A DNA stretch of 64,000 nucleotides from NCBI GenBank assembly GCA_965213625.1, contig CBDBZU010000004.1:2432001-2496000 (forward strand). Direction: 5' to 3'. Of the stretch, positions 9,767-20,110 are shown piece by piece. The position numbers and the translations under genes were made by a program. The notes beneath the pieces are model-generated. The model was given only the letters and a program-made list of their open reading frames with translations. It was not told the DNA's origin and made no database searches. The stretch comes from a bacterium. GTDB taxonomy: Bacteria; UBA8248. Each line of letters begins with the position of its first letter. The first letter of the stretch is position 1.

Positions 9767-11386
9767 ATGAGAAACACTCGAATGAAAACCCTAATGATTG
9801 CGGCGGCGGTGCTCGCCCTGGGGCTGTGGAGTTTTGCTCCTGTCGAGGCGGCGCCCAAGAAGGGCGGCGTTCTCAAGTTCGTCGTCGGCAGCAAGATTCC
9901 CTCCTACGACGGTCACATCGAATCCACCTTCGGGATGATTCACCCGTTGCGTCCCTTTTACAGCCTGTTGATTCGCGTGAATCCGGAAAACCCCGCCTCG
10001 CCAACCGATTTCGTCTGCGACGTGTGTGAGGGCGGGATTCCGAAGCCGACCGAAGGGCACACGAAGTACGCCTTCAAAATCCGCGACGACATCACGTTCC
10101 ACAACGGCCAGAAGCTCACCTCGGCGGACGTGAAGGCGACGTATGACAAGATTATCAGCCCACCCAAGGGCATCGAGAGCAATCGCAAGGCGTTTTTCAG
10201 CATGGTGAAATCCGTCTCCGCACCGGACCCGAAAACGCTGGTGTTCAAGCTGAAATATCCCACGGGCGCCTTTGTGCCTGCGCTTGCGCTGCCCTACAAC
10301 TTCATCTACTCGAAGGCCGATCTCGACAAGCATGGCTACAAGTGGCACCAGAAAAACGTGAACGGCACGGGCGCATTCCGCTTCGTGCAGCACCAGCCGG
10401 GCGCTTTCGTCGAGGGCAAGCGGTATGAGAAATACCACCACAAGGGCAAACCCTATCTCGACGGCTACCGGGCGATCTCTGCTCCGAAAATGGCGATTCG
10501 TCTCCAGGCCATTCGCGGCGACCGCGCGGCCATTGAATTCCGCGGATTCCCGCCCAAGGCGCGCGACGACTTGAAGAAGGCGCTGGGTGATAAGCTCACC
10601 GTCCAGGAGAGCGACTGGAACTGCAACCTCATGGTGACGCCCAACCACAAACGCAAGCCCTTCGATGACGCGCGCGTGCGCCGGGCGCTGACGCTGGCGA
10701 TCGACCGCTGGGGCGGCTCCAAATACCTCTCGCGCATCGCCATCGTGAAGACCGTGGGCGGCGTGGTTTTCCCGAAACACCCCCTGGCGGCCACGAAAGA
10801 GGAGTTGACGAAAATAGCGGGCTACTGGCCGGACATCAACAAATCCCGCGCCGAAGCCAAGAGGCTGCTCAAGGAAGCCGGCTATCCGAACGGCTTCGAG
10901 TTCACACTGCACAACCGGGGCGTGGACCAGCCCTACAAGGTTGTTGGCACCTGGGTTATCGACCAGTGGCGGAAGATCGGACTTAAGGTCAAGCAGTGGG
11001 TGCAGCCTTCCGGGCCGTTCTACGCCACGCTGCGCAAGAAGAAGAACTTCGACGTATCCATCGACTTCAATTGCCAGTCGGTCATCAACCCGCTGGTGGA
11101 CGTCTCGAAATTCATCTCCGACGACAGGGCGGGCAACCAGTACGCGGAGTATCAGGACCGCCAGCTCGACAAGTGGTTCGACGAGATGAACCGCGAGCCC
11201 GACGTGAAGAAGCAGCGCGCCATCATGCGCAAGTATGAAAAGCGCGCGCTCGATGAGATGGCGCACCAGTTCGTGACGCTATGGTGGTACAAGATCAACC
11301 CCCACCGCAGTTACGTGAAAGGGTGGAAGATAGCGCCGAGCCACTATCTGAACCAGCATCTGGACAACGTCTGGATCGACAAATAG
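9767..11386 (+). CDS. ABC transporter substrate-binding protein, family 5 (peptide/nickel)
   Basis: Signal peptide, FHNGQKLTSADVKAT, GTGAF, PFDDARVRRAL; RBS AAGGAGA. Confidence 0.92.
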   Translation: MRNTRMKTLMIAAAVLALGLWSFAPVEAAPKKGGVLKFVVGSKIPSYDGHIESTFGMIHPLRPFYSLLIRVNPENPASPTDFVCDVCEGGIPKPTEGHTKYAFKIRDDITFHNGQKLTSADVKATYDKIISPPKGIESNRKAFFSMVKSVSAPDPKTLVFKLKYPTGAFVPALALPYNFIYSKADLDKHGYKWHQKNVNGTGAFRFVQHQPGAFVEGKRYEKYHHKGKPYLDGYRAISAPKMAIRLQAIRGDRAAIEFRGFPPKARDDLKKALGDKLTVQESDWNCNLMVTPNHKRKPFDDARVRRALTLAIDRWGGSKYLSRIAIVKTVGGVVFPKHPLAATKEELTKIAGYWPDINKSRAEAKRLLKEAGYPNGFEFTLHNRGVDQPYKVVGTWVIDQWRKIGLKVKQWVQPSGPFYATLRKKKNFDVSIDFNCQSVINPLVDVSKFISDDRAGNQYAEYQDRQLDKWFDEMNREPDVKKQRAIMRKYEKRALDEMAHQFVTLWWYKINPHRSYVKGWKIAPSHYLNQHLDNVWIDK

Positions 11387-11393
11387 CTCGTAT

Positions 11394-11437
11394 CGTCCCC
11401 CTTCGCCGCCCGGATCGCCGGGTGGCGGGGGAGGGCG
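11394..11437 (+). terminator. GC-rich stem-loop after the substrate-binding gene (mRNA stabiliser or partial terminator)
   Basis: cgccgcccgg-atcg-ccgggtggcg core stem with extensions; no U-tract. Confidence 0.5.
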
Positions 11438-11478
11438 GTCTGGAGCCTCGTCTGGCGTAAAACGCAAGGGCGCACGAA

Positions 11479-12450
11479 GTGTATAGATACACGATCAAGA
11501 GAATCCTGCTGATGTTCCCGACGCTGCTGGGTGCAGCGGTGCTGGTGTTCTTCATGCTTCGCCTCATACCGGGTGACGTGTGCGAACTCCGCATGGCCGG
11601 CACGGGTATGTTTGTTGACAAGGAAGCGATAGCGACGTGCCAGCAGAACCTGGGCATCGATGCGCCCATCTACGTGCAGTTCATCGACTTCATCACAGGG
11701 TTCTTCACCTTCGATCTGGGGGAATCCATGTGGACGGGCAAGCCAATCCTGCATGAAATCGGCCTGCGCTTCGAACTCTCTCTGCAAGTAGCCATCATGG
11801 CGACGCTCACGGCCATTCTCATCGCCATTCCACTCGGCACAATCTCGGCCATCAAGCAGGATACTTGGATCGACTACGTCGTGCGCACGTTCAGCATCGC
11901 AGGCATCGCCATGCCTTCCTTCTGGCTGGGCATCCTGATTATTCTCGGCCTCTTGATCATGACGCAAAAATTTTTCGGCGACCCCTGGATGCCGCCGATT
12001 CATTACACCCCGATATGGGAAGACCCGGTGGCGAACATATCTCAGTTGATATGGCCGGCCGTCGCGACGGGCTATCGGTATTCGGCCGTCGCCACGCGCA
12101 TGACGCGCTCGGCCCTTTTAGAGGTTTTGCGCGAGGATTACGTGCGTACCGCCCGAGCGAAAGGGCTGCTCGAGAAACTCATCATCAACCGCCACGCGCT
12201 CAAGAATTCACTTCTGCCCGTGGCGACCGTCATCGGCCTGGAGTTCGCCTTCCTGATGGGTGGGCTTGTGGTGACGGAGCAGGTCTTCAACCTGAACGGT
12301 TTGGGGAAACTCTTTGTCGAGTCGGTGACGAACCACGACTACACCATGACGCAGTCGCTCGTCATGCTCGTGGCCGTCGTCTTCATTTTTACGAACCTGT
12401 TCATCGATATCCTCTATGCGTGGCTCGACCCGCGCATACGCTACAGCTAG
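11479..12450 (+). CDS. oppB: Peptide ABC transporter permease (OppB/DppB-like)
   Basis: LIPGD, DLGES, PSFWLG, EDYVRTARAKGL (EAA loop), LDPRIR. Confidence 0.93.
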   Translation: MYRYTIKRILLMFPTLLGAAVLVFFMLRLIPGDVCELRMAGTGMFVDKEAIATCQQNLGIDAPIYVQFIDFITGFFTFDLGESMWTGKPILHEIGLRFELSLQVAIMATLTAILIAIPLGTISAIKQDTWIDYVVRTFSIAGIAMPSFWLGILIILGLLIMTQKFFGDPWMPPIHYTPIWEDPVANISQLIWPAVATGYRYSAVATRMTRSALLEVLREDYVRTARAKGLLEKLIINRHALKNSLLPVATVIGLEFAFLMGGLVVTEQVFNLNGLGKLFVESVTNHDYTMTQSLVMLVAVVFIFTNLFIDILYAWLDPRIRYS

Positions 12451-12460
12451 GAGTTGCGCC

Positions 12461-13363
12461 ATGGCGTCACCGAGTGATCTCGCCGTATCCGAGATGGATT
12501 TCGATGTCGTTCCCGAACGATCATGGGTCGACAAAATAAAGGATACGGCGCGGAAAAAGCCCCTCGGCGCGGTGAGCGCATGCGCCGTCCTCGTAATGAT
12601 CCTCCTGGCCGCTTTCGCGAACGTGATCACCTTCTACGACCCGGTGCAGAACGCCTTCGACAGCATGCACGTCGCCCCGAGCGTCACGCACTGGTTCGGG
12701 ACGGATCAGTTCGGACGCGATATTTTTACGCGCATCGTTTTCGGCGCCAGAACGGCGCTGTTCGTCGGGTTTTCGGCCTCGATTCTCGGCTCCACAGCAG
12801 GCCTCATCCTCGGCGTTGGGAGTGCTTATTTCGGTGGACGCTTCGACCTCATATTCCAGCGCTTCATGGACATCTTCATCTCATTCCCGCTCATCATCAT
12901 GGCGCTCTCGGTGGTCTCGATCTTCGGAACGGGGACGCAGAACGTGATTTTCGCCATCACGATTCCCTTAATACCCAGATGCGCCCGCGTGGTGCGCTCG
13001 AGCGCGCTCTCGATACGGGAAATTCCCTATGTGGATGCCGCGCGAGCGCTCGGCTTCGCACACGTTCGCATCATCTCCCGGCACATGATTCCCAACGTCA
13101 TGGCGCCTTATCTCATTATGCTCACTTCTTTCCTGGGGCAGGCGATCCTGCTCGAAGCCTCGCTCTCCTACCTGGGACTCGGCGTACAGGAACCCACCGC
13201 CGCCTGGGGACTGATGCTTCAGGGAGGTGCTGAGGAATACGCAGAGAGCGCGCCGTGGATTCCCGTATTCCCGGGATTGGCCATCACCGCCGCCGTCTTC
13301 GCCTTCAACCTATTCGGCGACGCCGTACGCGACACGCTCGACCCCAGACTCCGCTCCGAATAA
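12461..13363 (+). CDS. oppC: Peptide ABC transporter permease (OppC/DppC-like)
   Basis: HWFGTDQFGRD, YVDAARALG, HMIPN, LSYLGLG, DTLDPR. Confidence 0.93.
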   Translation: MASPSDLAVSEMDFDVVPERSWVDKIKDTARKKPLGAVSACAVLVMILLAAFANVITFYDPVQNAFDSMHVAPSVTHWFGTDQFGRDIFTRIVFGARTALFVGFSASILGSTAGLILGVGSAYFGGRFDLIFQRFMDIFISFPLIIMALSVVSIFGTGTQNVIFAITIPLIPRCARVVRSSALSIREIPYVDAARALGFAHVRIISRHMIPNVMAPYLIMLTSFLGQAILLEASLSYLGLGVQEPTAAWGLMLQGGAEEYAESAPWIPVFPGLAITAAVFAFNLFGDAVRDTLDPRLRSE

Positions 13364-13487
13364 TTTCATACTGGCCGCATCTTGTTCTTTACGACAGGAG
13401 GCGTACGCCTTTTATGATTTCGTGAAACGGCTCTTACGGAACGGGTGATGGACTAGAGGTGAAGCGCGCCGCGCGTGGGAGTACTCC

Positions 13488-14003
13488 TCAAAGGTTCTTG
13501 AGTTGCCGGTTGCGCCTGCGCTCTTTCTTGGAGGCGCGCCTGGGGTTTCCCTTCTTCTTCGTGTCGCGCTTAGGCGTCCTGGTCGGCTCATCCTCCGGCG
13601 CGTCACCTTCCATGAAGGCCGCCTGGTAGAGGAGATCGCGAAACTCGCCCGTGCGCATGATCGCAGAGGCGAAGGGCGCGGCCGCCTCGCCGAGGGCCCT
13701 GTCCGAGGTGACGAGAACGGCGCCCTTGTAGTGGTCTTTCAAGAGGCGCAGGATGAGCGCGTCTGCGATTTCGTGCCTTGAGAAGAGCACTTCAATTCCG
13801 CCCGCGTTTTTTCCACCTCCATGATCATGATGGGATTTACCGTCGAATACGACGGTGATTCGTGGATTGACGACGGAATTTCTGCGGTAGCTCCGGAGCA
13901 TTTCGAGCAAGCCCTCGCGCCCAGCTTCCAAATCCTGATGGAGAACGCGCCTGAGTTCGGGGATGGCGGGAATGAGATTGTATCCGTCGATGACGATGCG
14001 CAT
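13488..14003 (-). CDS. NYN-domain ribonuclease, YacP/Rae1-like
   Basis: IVIDGYNLI, VVFDG, AD and VTSDR acidic NYN motifs; basic C-terminal tail. Confidence 0.85.
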   Translation of the reverse strand: MRIVIDGYNLIPAIPELRRVLHQDLEAGREGLLEMLRSYRRNSVVNPRITVVFDGKSHHDHGGGKNAGGIEVLFSRHEIADALILRLLKDHYKGAVLVTSDRALGEAAAPFASAIMRTGEFRDLLYQAAFMEGDAPEDEPTRTPKRDTKKKGNPRRASKKERRRNRQLKNL

Positions 14004-14021
14004 GTCTACCCGGCAACTCCC

Positions 14022-14846
14022 TTAAAAGGGCTGGAAGAGGACGTCCATGAGCGCAGCCGCTTTTTGCGCGTCACCCTCGATACGAAGGGATCCATCCGCG
14101 ATTTTCCGCGCGCGATCCGAACGCCCCGCGCACAGGAGCACCATGTCGCTTCCAGATGCGGAAAGGACGGCGTCGGGGGAGTCGGAGGGACTCTCAAGGA
14201 CTGATGCTTCGCCACCGGCTATCGACATTTCCCACGCCGCAACCGGCTCGCTCGTCTCGAAGCGGAACACGCCCGCAGGCCCGGTTGCGCCCGAGCGGTT
14301 GAAGTACAGGGGAAGTCTCGTTTCGAGAATCTCGACGAGCGCGCCCAGCGATTCGGTCTCGATCGGCGCATCCGGGTCGTTTTCTAAATCCCAGCCGTGG
14401 AGCGCAACTTCATACAGCCGTTGAGCGGGGAAGGTGCGCACTTTCGTGTGGCCCTTCCGGTGCCAAAGGTCGCGGTCCAGGTCGCCGGTTTCCAGGCGTT
14501 CGATTTCGGCCTGGAGGTCGTCCTGGCTTTTCTGTATCCAATCGATGCGTTCCAGCGGGGCCATGGCGATGGATTTGCGGGTGATTTCTTCTCGCGCGGC
14601 CTGAAATTTCGCAGGCGTCTCGGCTCCAAGTGAGAGGATGACCTCGCCCCGGCGCGCCGCCCGGATGCGCTCGGCATAGGAGATGGCTCCTCCCGTCATA
14701 TGGCCGACGAGTTGGGCCGCGTTCCATCCGGGGCAGAAAGTGGGGCTCGCCCATTCGGCGTCAGAGAGAGCGCGAAGCTGCACGATGAAGCGCGCGTTCT
14801 CGTGCGCCAGCCAGGGTATCGGGGGGAGAAGGGGAGCGTTGTTCAA
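14022..14846 (-). CDS. Maleylpyruvate isomerase (MDMPI/DinB-like) family protein with C-terminal SCP2-like domain
   Basis: W.SPTFCPGW...LVGH, RLYEVALHGWDL, C-terminal LRIEGD. Confidence 0.8.
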   Translation of the reverse strand: MNNAPLLPPIPWLAHENARFIVQLRALSDAEWASPTFCPGWNAAQLVGHMTGGAISYAERIRAARRGEVILSLGAETPAKFQAAREEITRKSIAMAPLERIDWIQKSQDDLQAEIERLETGDLDRDLWHRKGHTKVRTFPAQRLYEVALHGWDLENDPDAPIETESLGALVEILETRLPLYFNRSGATGPAGVFRFETSEPVAAWEMSIAGGEASVLESPSDSPDAVLSASGSDMVLLCAGRSDRARKIADGSLRIEGDAQKAAALMDVLFQPF

Positions 14847-14945
14847 TTCGAACTCGCCAGGAGCAAGAAAATCGCCCCCAGAAACCGGGGGCGATGAAGA
14901 GATAACATGCTAGCTTGAGGAATGCGCACGCCCGTAGCGTACGCG

Positions 14946-15827
14946 CTATTTGCCCGAAGCGCGAATCCAGGCCTTGCCGATGGCGCGCGCGGTGTATACG
15001 CCCGCCAGATGACGTCTGAAGTCCGCTCCGGCGTAAAAATCATCGAGTGCGTCTACGCCTTCACCGGCCCCCGCAGCCGCTTTTCGGATCGATTCCGCAC
15101 TCGGCGCGCTGCCCATGAGGGCGTTTTCGACACTCGTGGCTCGATACGCTGCTGCGGCTACGCCCGTCACGCCGACGCGGATGGAGGCGACCACCCCGTT
15201 TCCGTCCAGCGCGAGTCGGGCCGCCACGCCGCACACCGCAAAGCCGCTGGCTTGCTGCGCCGCCTTGAGATACGCGCTTGAGCCCCGTACGGCCGAAGCT
15301 CGTATGCGGACGGAGGTGATAATCTCGCCCGCGCGTAGGGCCGTCTCGTATGCTCCGGTGAAGAAGTCATCGGCGCCGATGACGCGCTCGCCGTCCGCGC
15401 CCACGGCGGTGATTTCCGCTCCCGCCGCCAGCACGACCGCCGGGTAGTCCGCGGCGGGGTCGGCATGGGCGAGGGAGCCGCCCAGCGTCCCGCGGTTTCT
15501 CACCTGTACGTCGCCGATGGCGCCGGCCGCTTCGACGAGGGAGTGGCATTTCCCCCGAACCAGGGGTGACGCCTCGATTTCGGCGTGGGTCGTCATCGCG
15601 CCGATGCGAACTCCGCCCTCTGCTCCCTCTGATTCGGAGATGCCCGAGAGGTCCTCAAGGCCCGCGACGTCGATAAGGACGCCCGGATCGGCGAGCCTCG
15701 CCTTCATCACGGGCAGAAGGCTATGGCCTCCGGCGAGGACCCGTGCGTCTTCTCCATGCTCCCTGAGTTGCGCGAGAGCGTCTTCTAGCGATTGTGGTCG
15801 AACGTAGTCGAAAGAAGCTGGAATCAT
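14946..15827 (-). CDS. coxM: Xanthine dehydrogenase/CODH family FAD-binding medium subunit (CoxM/CutM)
   Basis: MIPASFDY.RP, LAGGHSLLP, QVRNRGTLGGSLAHADPAAD. Confidence 0.92.
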   Translation of the reverse strand: MIPASFDYVRPQSLEDALAQLREHGEDARVLAGGHSLLPVMKARLADPGVLIDVAGLEDLSGISESEGAEGGVRIGAMTTHAEIEASPLVRGKCHSLVEAAGAIGDVQVRNRGTLGGSLAHADPAADYPAVVLAAGAEITAVGADGERVIGADDFFTGAYETALRAGEIITSVRIRASAVRGSSAYLKAAQQASGFAVCGVAARLALDGNGVVASIRVGVTGVAAAAYRATSVENALMGSAPSAESIRKAAAGAGEGVDALDDFYAGADFRRHLAGVYTARAIGKAWIRASGK

Positions 15828-15829
15828 AC

Positions 15830-18157
15830 TTAAGCCCTCTTCTCGGCGATGGCGCGCCACAGTTTTTCGGGGCGCAGCGGCATGTCGATGTGCGTGATAC
15901 CGAATGGCGAAAGCGCGTCGAGCACGGCGTTCACCACGGCGGGTGTGGAGCCGATGGTGCCGGCCTCACCCACGCCCTTCGCGCCCAGCGGGTTCACGTC
16001 CGTCGGCGTGGTGGTGTGCAGAAGCTCGAAGCGTGGCAGCCTGTTCGCCTTAGGCAAAGCGTAGTGCATGAACGATGCGTTCAGCGGCTGCCCGCCCTCG
16101 CCGTAAATCATCTCTTCTTCCAGCGCCTGTCCCAACCCCTGGGCGATGCCGCCGTGGATCTGCCCGTGCACGAGCAGCGGGTTGATCATGTTGCCCACGT
16201 CATCCACCGCCACGTAGCGGAGAATTTCCACATCGCCCGTTTCCGGGTCGACCTCGGCCAGTACGATATGCGTCCCGAAGGGGAAGGTGAAGTTGCTCGG
16301 CTCAAAGAAGTGGGTTTCCTCGAGGCCCGGATCGGTGTCTTCGGGAAGCGCGATGGCACTGTAGGCCATCATCGCGATCTCGGCGAAGCCGGCCGATTTC
16401 TCGGGTGCGCTCCTGACGAATACTTTGCCGTCCTCGAATTCGATGTCGTTCTCGTCCGCCTCGAATTCCATCGCCGCGAACTTGGCCATCTTGGCTCGCA
16501 CCTTGTCGCGCGCGTAGACGACCGCCGAGCCGCCGACCACGGTACCCCGGCTGCCGAAAGTGCCCACGCCGTAGGGCACGACGTCGGTGTCTCCATGGAT
16601 GACGGTCACGTCGTTCGTGTCGATGCCGAGACCGTCCGCCACGATCTGGGCGAATGACGTCTGTTGGCCCTGCCCGTGGGGCGATGCGCCCGAAAAAACG
16701 GTGGCCTTGCCGGTGGGCTCCACGCGTACCCGCGCGCTCTCCCAGCCCTGGCCGCCCAGTGCGGCGGAGGGTCCCATGCCGCAAATCTCGACGTAGGTCG
16801 AAAAGCCGATTCCCAGATATCTGCCGTCTTTTCTGGCTTCTTCCTGCTGCGTGCGCATGGCGGAGTAATCCGCCGCTTCGAGCGCGAGGTCGAGCGCCTG
16901 ATGGTAATCCCCGCTGTCGTAGCTGAGGCCGGCGGACGTGCTGAAGGGGAACTCGGATTTGTCCGGGAAATTTTTGCGCCTGATTTCCACGGGGTCCATG
17001 CCCAGCTCTATCGCCGCGATGTCCATCATGCGTTCCAGGATATATGTCGCCTCGGGACGGCCAGCGCCCCGGTAGGCGTCGGTCGCCACCTTGTTGGTGA
17101 ACACGCCGGTGGCGTTCATCTCGATGTTCTCGATTTTGTAGGGGCCGGGCAGCATCAAACCCGTCAGCGTAAAGATGGCCACGGTGAGCAACTGGTAGTA
17201 GGCCCCGCAATCGGCGAGCACGTTGTAGCGGAACGCGGTGATGGTGCCGTCGTTCTTGAGGCCCATTTCGACATCGCCCACCTGGCCGCGCCCGTGGATG
17301 GTGGTCATGAAGTTCTCGGAACGGCTTTCCACCCACTTGATCGGCACGCCGAGTTCGCGCGAGACGAAGGCGGCCAGCGCCTCTTCGCGGTAGATGTTGA
17401 GCTTGCTGCCGAAGCCGCCGCCTACTTCTGGGGCGATGACGCGCATGCGGTTTTCCGGCATCCCGATCTGGAGCGCCACCAGCGTGCGCACCTTGTGCGG
17501 CACCTGGGTGGAGGTCCAGATCGTCAACTTGTCCTCACCGGGGAGGTAGTGGGCCAGAACGCCTCTGGGCTCGAGTGCCAGCGGGGCGACTCTGGCGTTG
17601 GTGATTTTCTCCTTGACGATGACGTCGGCCTCACTCATGCCGGCTTCCACGTCGCCGCCTGCGATTCCCCACTTGAACGCCTCGTTGCTCTCATAGGCGT
17701 CGTGCACCTTGGGAGAGCCGGACTCGATAGCAGCTTCCAGGTCCACCACGGCGTCGAGCGGTTCGTAGTCGATATCAACCAAGTCCGCCGCGTCGCGCGC
17801 GCCGTAGCGCGTCTCGGCAATCACCGCGACGACTGGCTCGCCCGCGAACAGCGTCTGTTTATCGGCCAGTATCGGCTGCTCGGGAACCTTGGCGTCGGGT
17901 ACGAGGCCGCCCACGGGAACGGGGCCGATGCCCTTTGTTTCCTCGTGCGTGTAGACGGCGACGACGCCTTCCGCCGCGGCCGCCTTGGAGACGTCGACCG
18001 AGCGTATATTGGCTTTGCCGTACGGGCTTCTCACCACCGCCATGTGCAGGGTGCCGGTTGGGTTGAAATCGTCCACGTAGTGGGCGAGGCCTTGAATGAG
18101 ACGCGGATCGTCTCGTCTTTTGATTGGTGCGCCGATGAATTTGGGTGCCTGGGCCAT
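15830..18157 (-). CDS. coxL: Molybdopterin-binding large subunit, form II CoxL/CutL-like Mo hydroxylase
   Basis: VGGGFGSK, active-site loop AYRGAGRPEA, PHGQG, GQIHGGIAQG, AKGVGEAG. Confidence 0.92.
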   Translation of the reverse strand: MAQAPKFIGAPIKRRDDPRLIQGLAHYVDDFNPTGTLHMAVVRSPYGKANIRSVDVSKAAAAEGVVAVYTHEETKGIGPVPVGGLVPDAKVPEQPILADKQTLFAGEPVVAVIAETRYGARDAADLVDIDYEPLDAVVDLEAAIESGSPKVHDAYESNEAFKWGIAGGDVEAGMSEADVIVKEKITNARVAPLALEPRGVLAHYLPGEDKLTIWTSTQVPHKVRTLVALQIGMPENRMRVIAPEVGGGFGSKLNIYREEALAAFVSRELGVPIKWVESRSENFMTTIHGRGQVGDVEMGLKNDGTITAFRYNVLADCGAYYQLLTVAIFTLTGLMLPGPYKIENIEMNATGVFTNKVATDAYRGAGRPEATYILERMMDIAAIELGMDPVEIRRKNFPDKSEFPFSTSAGLSYDSGDYHQALDLALEAADYSAMRTQQEEARKDGRYLGIGFSTYVEICGMGPSAALGGQGWESARVRVEPTGKATVFSGASPHGQGQQTSFAQIVADGLGIDTNDVTVIHGDTDVVPYGVGTFGSRGTVVGGSAVVYARDKVRAKMAKFAAMEFEADENDIEFEDGKVFVRSAPEKSAGFAEIAMMAYSAIALPEDTDPGLEETHFFEPSNFTFPFGTHIVLAEVDPETGDVEILRYVAVDDVGNMINPLLVHGQIHGGIAQGLGQALEEEMIYGEGGQPLNASFMHYALPKANRLPRFELLHTTTPTDVNPLGAKGVGEAGTIGSTPAVVNAVLDALSPFGITHIDMPLRPEKLWRAIAEKRA

Positions 18158-18160
18158 CTC

Positions 18161-18643
18161 TTATTCCCTCATCTGAGCCGCCGCCGCGGATATGGCGTCG
18201 ACGATGTTTTGATAACCCGTGCAGCGGCATATGTTGCCTTCGATGCCGTGCCTGATTTCCTCGTCCGTCGGATCGGAGTTGGTCGCAATGAGCTGGTTCG
18301 CCGTCAGGATCATGCCCGGTGTGCAGAAGCCGCATTGCAATCCGTGTTTTTCCCAGAACTGCTCTTGAAGCGGATGGAGCTGATCCCCATTGGCGAGTCC
18401 CTCGATGGTCGTGACCGCGCAGCCATCCGCCTGCGCGGCCAGGACAGTGCAGCTTTTCACCGCCTTGCCGTCCATCAGGACGGTGCATGCTCCGCAAATC
18501 GAGGTTTCACACGCGATGTGCGTGCCTGTCAGGCCGGCGTCATCGCGCAACAGGTGAACAAGAAGGGTTCTGGGTTCCACGTCGAACGTCCGGCTCTCGC
18601 CGTTGATGCTGATATTGATTTCCAAGGTCTTCGGGCCCCCCAC
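18161..18643 (-). CDS. coxS: [2Fe-2S] small subunit (CoxS/CutS)
   Basis: CETSICGAC...C, QCGFCTPG, NICRCTGY. Confidence 0.93.
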   Translation of the reverse strand: MGGPKTLEINISINGESRTFDVEPRTLLVHLLRDDAGLTGTHIACETSICGACTVLMDGKAVKSCTVLAAQADGCAVTTIEGLANGDQLHPLQEQFWEKHGLQCGFCTPGMILTANQLIATNSDPTDEEIRHGIEGNICRCTGYQNIVDAISAAAAQMRE

Positions 18644-18867
18644 GCATGAAAAAAAGTTCGAAGCGAATCCCCGATATGGGAGTCTATCGCCTCACCGAAG
18701 AATTGCGTTCCTCCACGATATGATCGAGTGAAAACATTATTGATGATAGGGCGAGGCCGTGTCAAGACGAAACTTTTTGAGGGCGGGAGCCGGGGTGTTT
18801 CGAGCCTCTCATCGTCTTTCGGGGAAAATGCGTGTAGGATACCTCTATCTCGCCGCCTGAACAGGAT

Positions 18868-19995
18868 ATGACAATGGCCCACGCAGGTTTCGCCACGACA
18901 GAGGGCACGAAAAGCTACGCAGAGGCCCATTCACCGGTCTGTCATCCCGATCATTACAGGCAGCTGAACGGCCTTTGGCTCTCCTCCATCGGGGTCGGCA
19001 CCTATCTCGGAGAAGCGGACGAGGCGACCGACGCCGCTTATCGAGAATCCGTGGCCGCCGTCGTCCGCGGCGGTTTCAACGTCATCGACACGGCGGTGAA
19101 CTACCGCTTCCAGCGCAGCGAGAGGAACATCCGCGCAGCGCTGGACGATCTGTTTGCGGCAGGCGAGGTGAGCAGGGATGCGCTGGTCATATCCACCAAG
19201 GGAGGGTTTATCCCCTTCGACACTCATCCACCCACCGGGCAGGCGGATTTTACCGAGTACATGAGGAAAACCTATTTCGAGCCCGGGGTTTGCACGCCCG
19301 AGGATATCGTTGCGAACTGCCACTGCATGACGCCTGCGTATATCAGACACGAACTCGACGCGAGTCTCGCCAATTTAGGGTTGGATACCATCGACATCTA
19401 CTACGTCCACAATCCCGAAACGCAGCTTCAGGAAGTCTCGCGCGAGGTTTTCCTGAGCAGGCTCAAGGAAGCCTTCGAGGCGCTCGAGGGCGCCGTGGCC
19501 GAGGGGAAGATCAGAAGCTACGGCACGGCCACCTGGAACGGGTATCGCATGGAGCCGGGTAAGGGGGAGTATCTCTCGCTGGCTGAGGTGCTCGGAGCGG
19601 CGCAAGCCGCGGGCGGTGAGAATCATCACTTCAGGGTCGTTCAGCTGCCGCTGAATCTGGGCATGCCCGAGGCTTTCTCCAAGCCAAACCAGAGCCTAAA
19701 CGGCGAGACGACGTGCTTTCTCGCCGCCGCCGCCCAAAGAGGCGTCACCGTCATGACGAGCGGCTCGATACTCCAGGGACGCGCCGCCGAGGGGCTTCCT
19801 CCCATAATAGGGGAGGTGTTCCCGGGGTTTTCCACCGACGGGCAGCGCGCCATACAGTTTACCCGCAGCGCGCCCGGCGTGGCCGTCGCTCTTGTAGGTA
19901 TGCGGCAGATGGACCATGTCGTCCAGAACATGGAAGTGGCCCAGTCCCCGCCCGCTCCCTTTGAGGATTTCATCCGCCTGTTCCGCGAAGAATAG
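18868..19995 (+). CDS. Aldo/keto reductase
   Basis: IGVGTY, IDTAVNY, STKGG, DIYYVHNPE, GKIRSYG, LVGM. Confidence 0.9.
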   Translation: MTMAHAGFATTEGTKSYAEAHSPVCHPDHYRQLNGLWLSSIGVGTYLGEADEATDAAYRESVAAVVRGGFNVIDTAVNYRFQRSERNIRAALDDLFAAGEVSRDALVISTKGGFIPFDTHPPTGQADFTEYMRKTYFEPGVCTPEDIVANCHCMTPAYIRHELDASLANLGLDTIDIYYVHNPETQLQEVSREVFLSRLKEAFEALEGAVAEGKIRSYGTATWNGYRMEPGKGEYLSLAEVLGAAQAAGGENHHFRVVQLPLNLGMPEAFSKPNQSLNGETTCFLAAAAQRGVTVMTSGSILQGRAAEGLPPIIGEVFPGFSTDGQRAIQFTRSAPGVAVALVGMRQMDHVVQNMEVAQSPPAPFEDFIRLFREE

Positions 19996-20110
19996 TTTCA
20001 GAAAAAAATCTCCCGCCGGCCCTTTTCCAGGCCCATGCTCTTCCCATAGAATGCGCGGCGAATCTCGACACTACGCTTCTCGACAGCATTCATTCCTAGA
20101 TGGAGGAAAC

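Noticed and set aside
15830-18157. True aerobic CO dehydrogenase (form I)
   Set aside because: The loop is AYRGAGR, not AYxCSFR; the order is SLM; coxDEFG are not adjacent.
16664-18649. Long antisense ORFs (661 aa here; also 9791-11266, 8491-9894, 36553-38001, 20123-21364)
   Set aside because: Shadow frames of well-supported genes in GC-rich DNA, with no motifs of their own.
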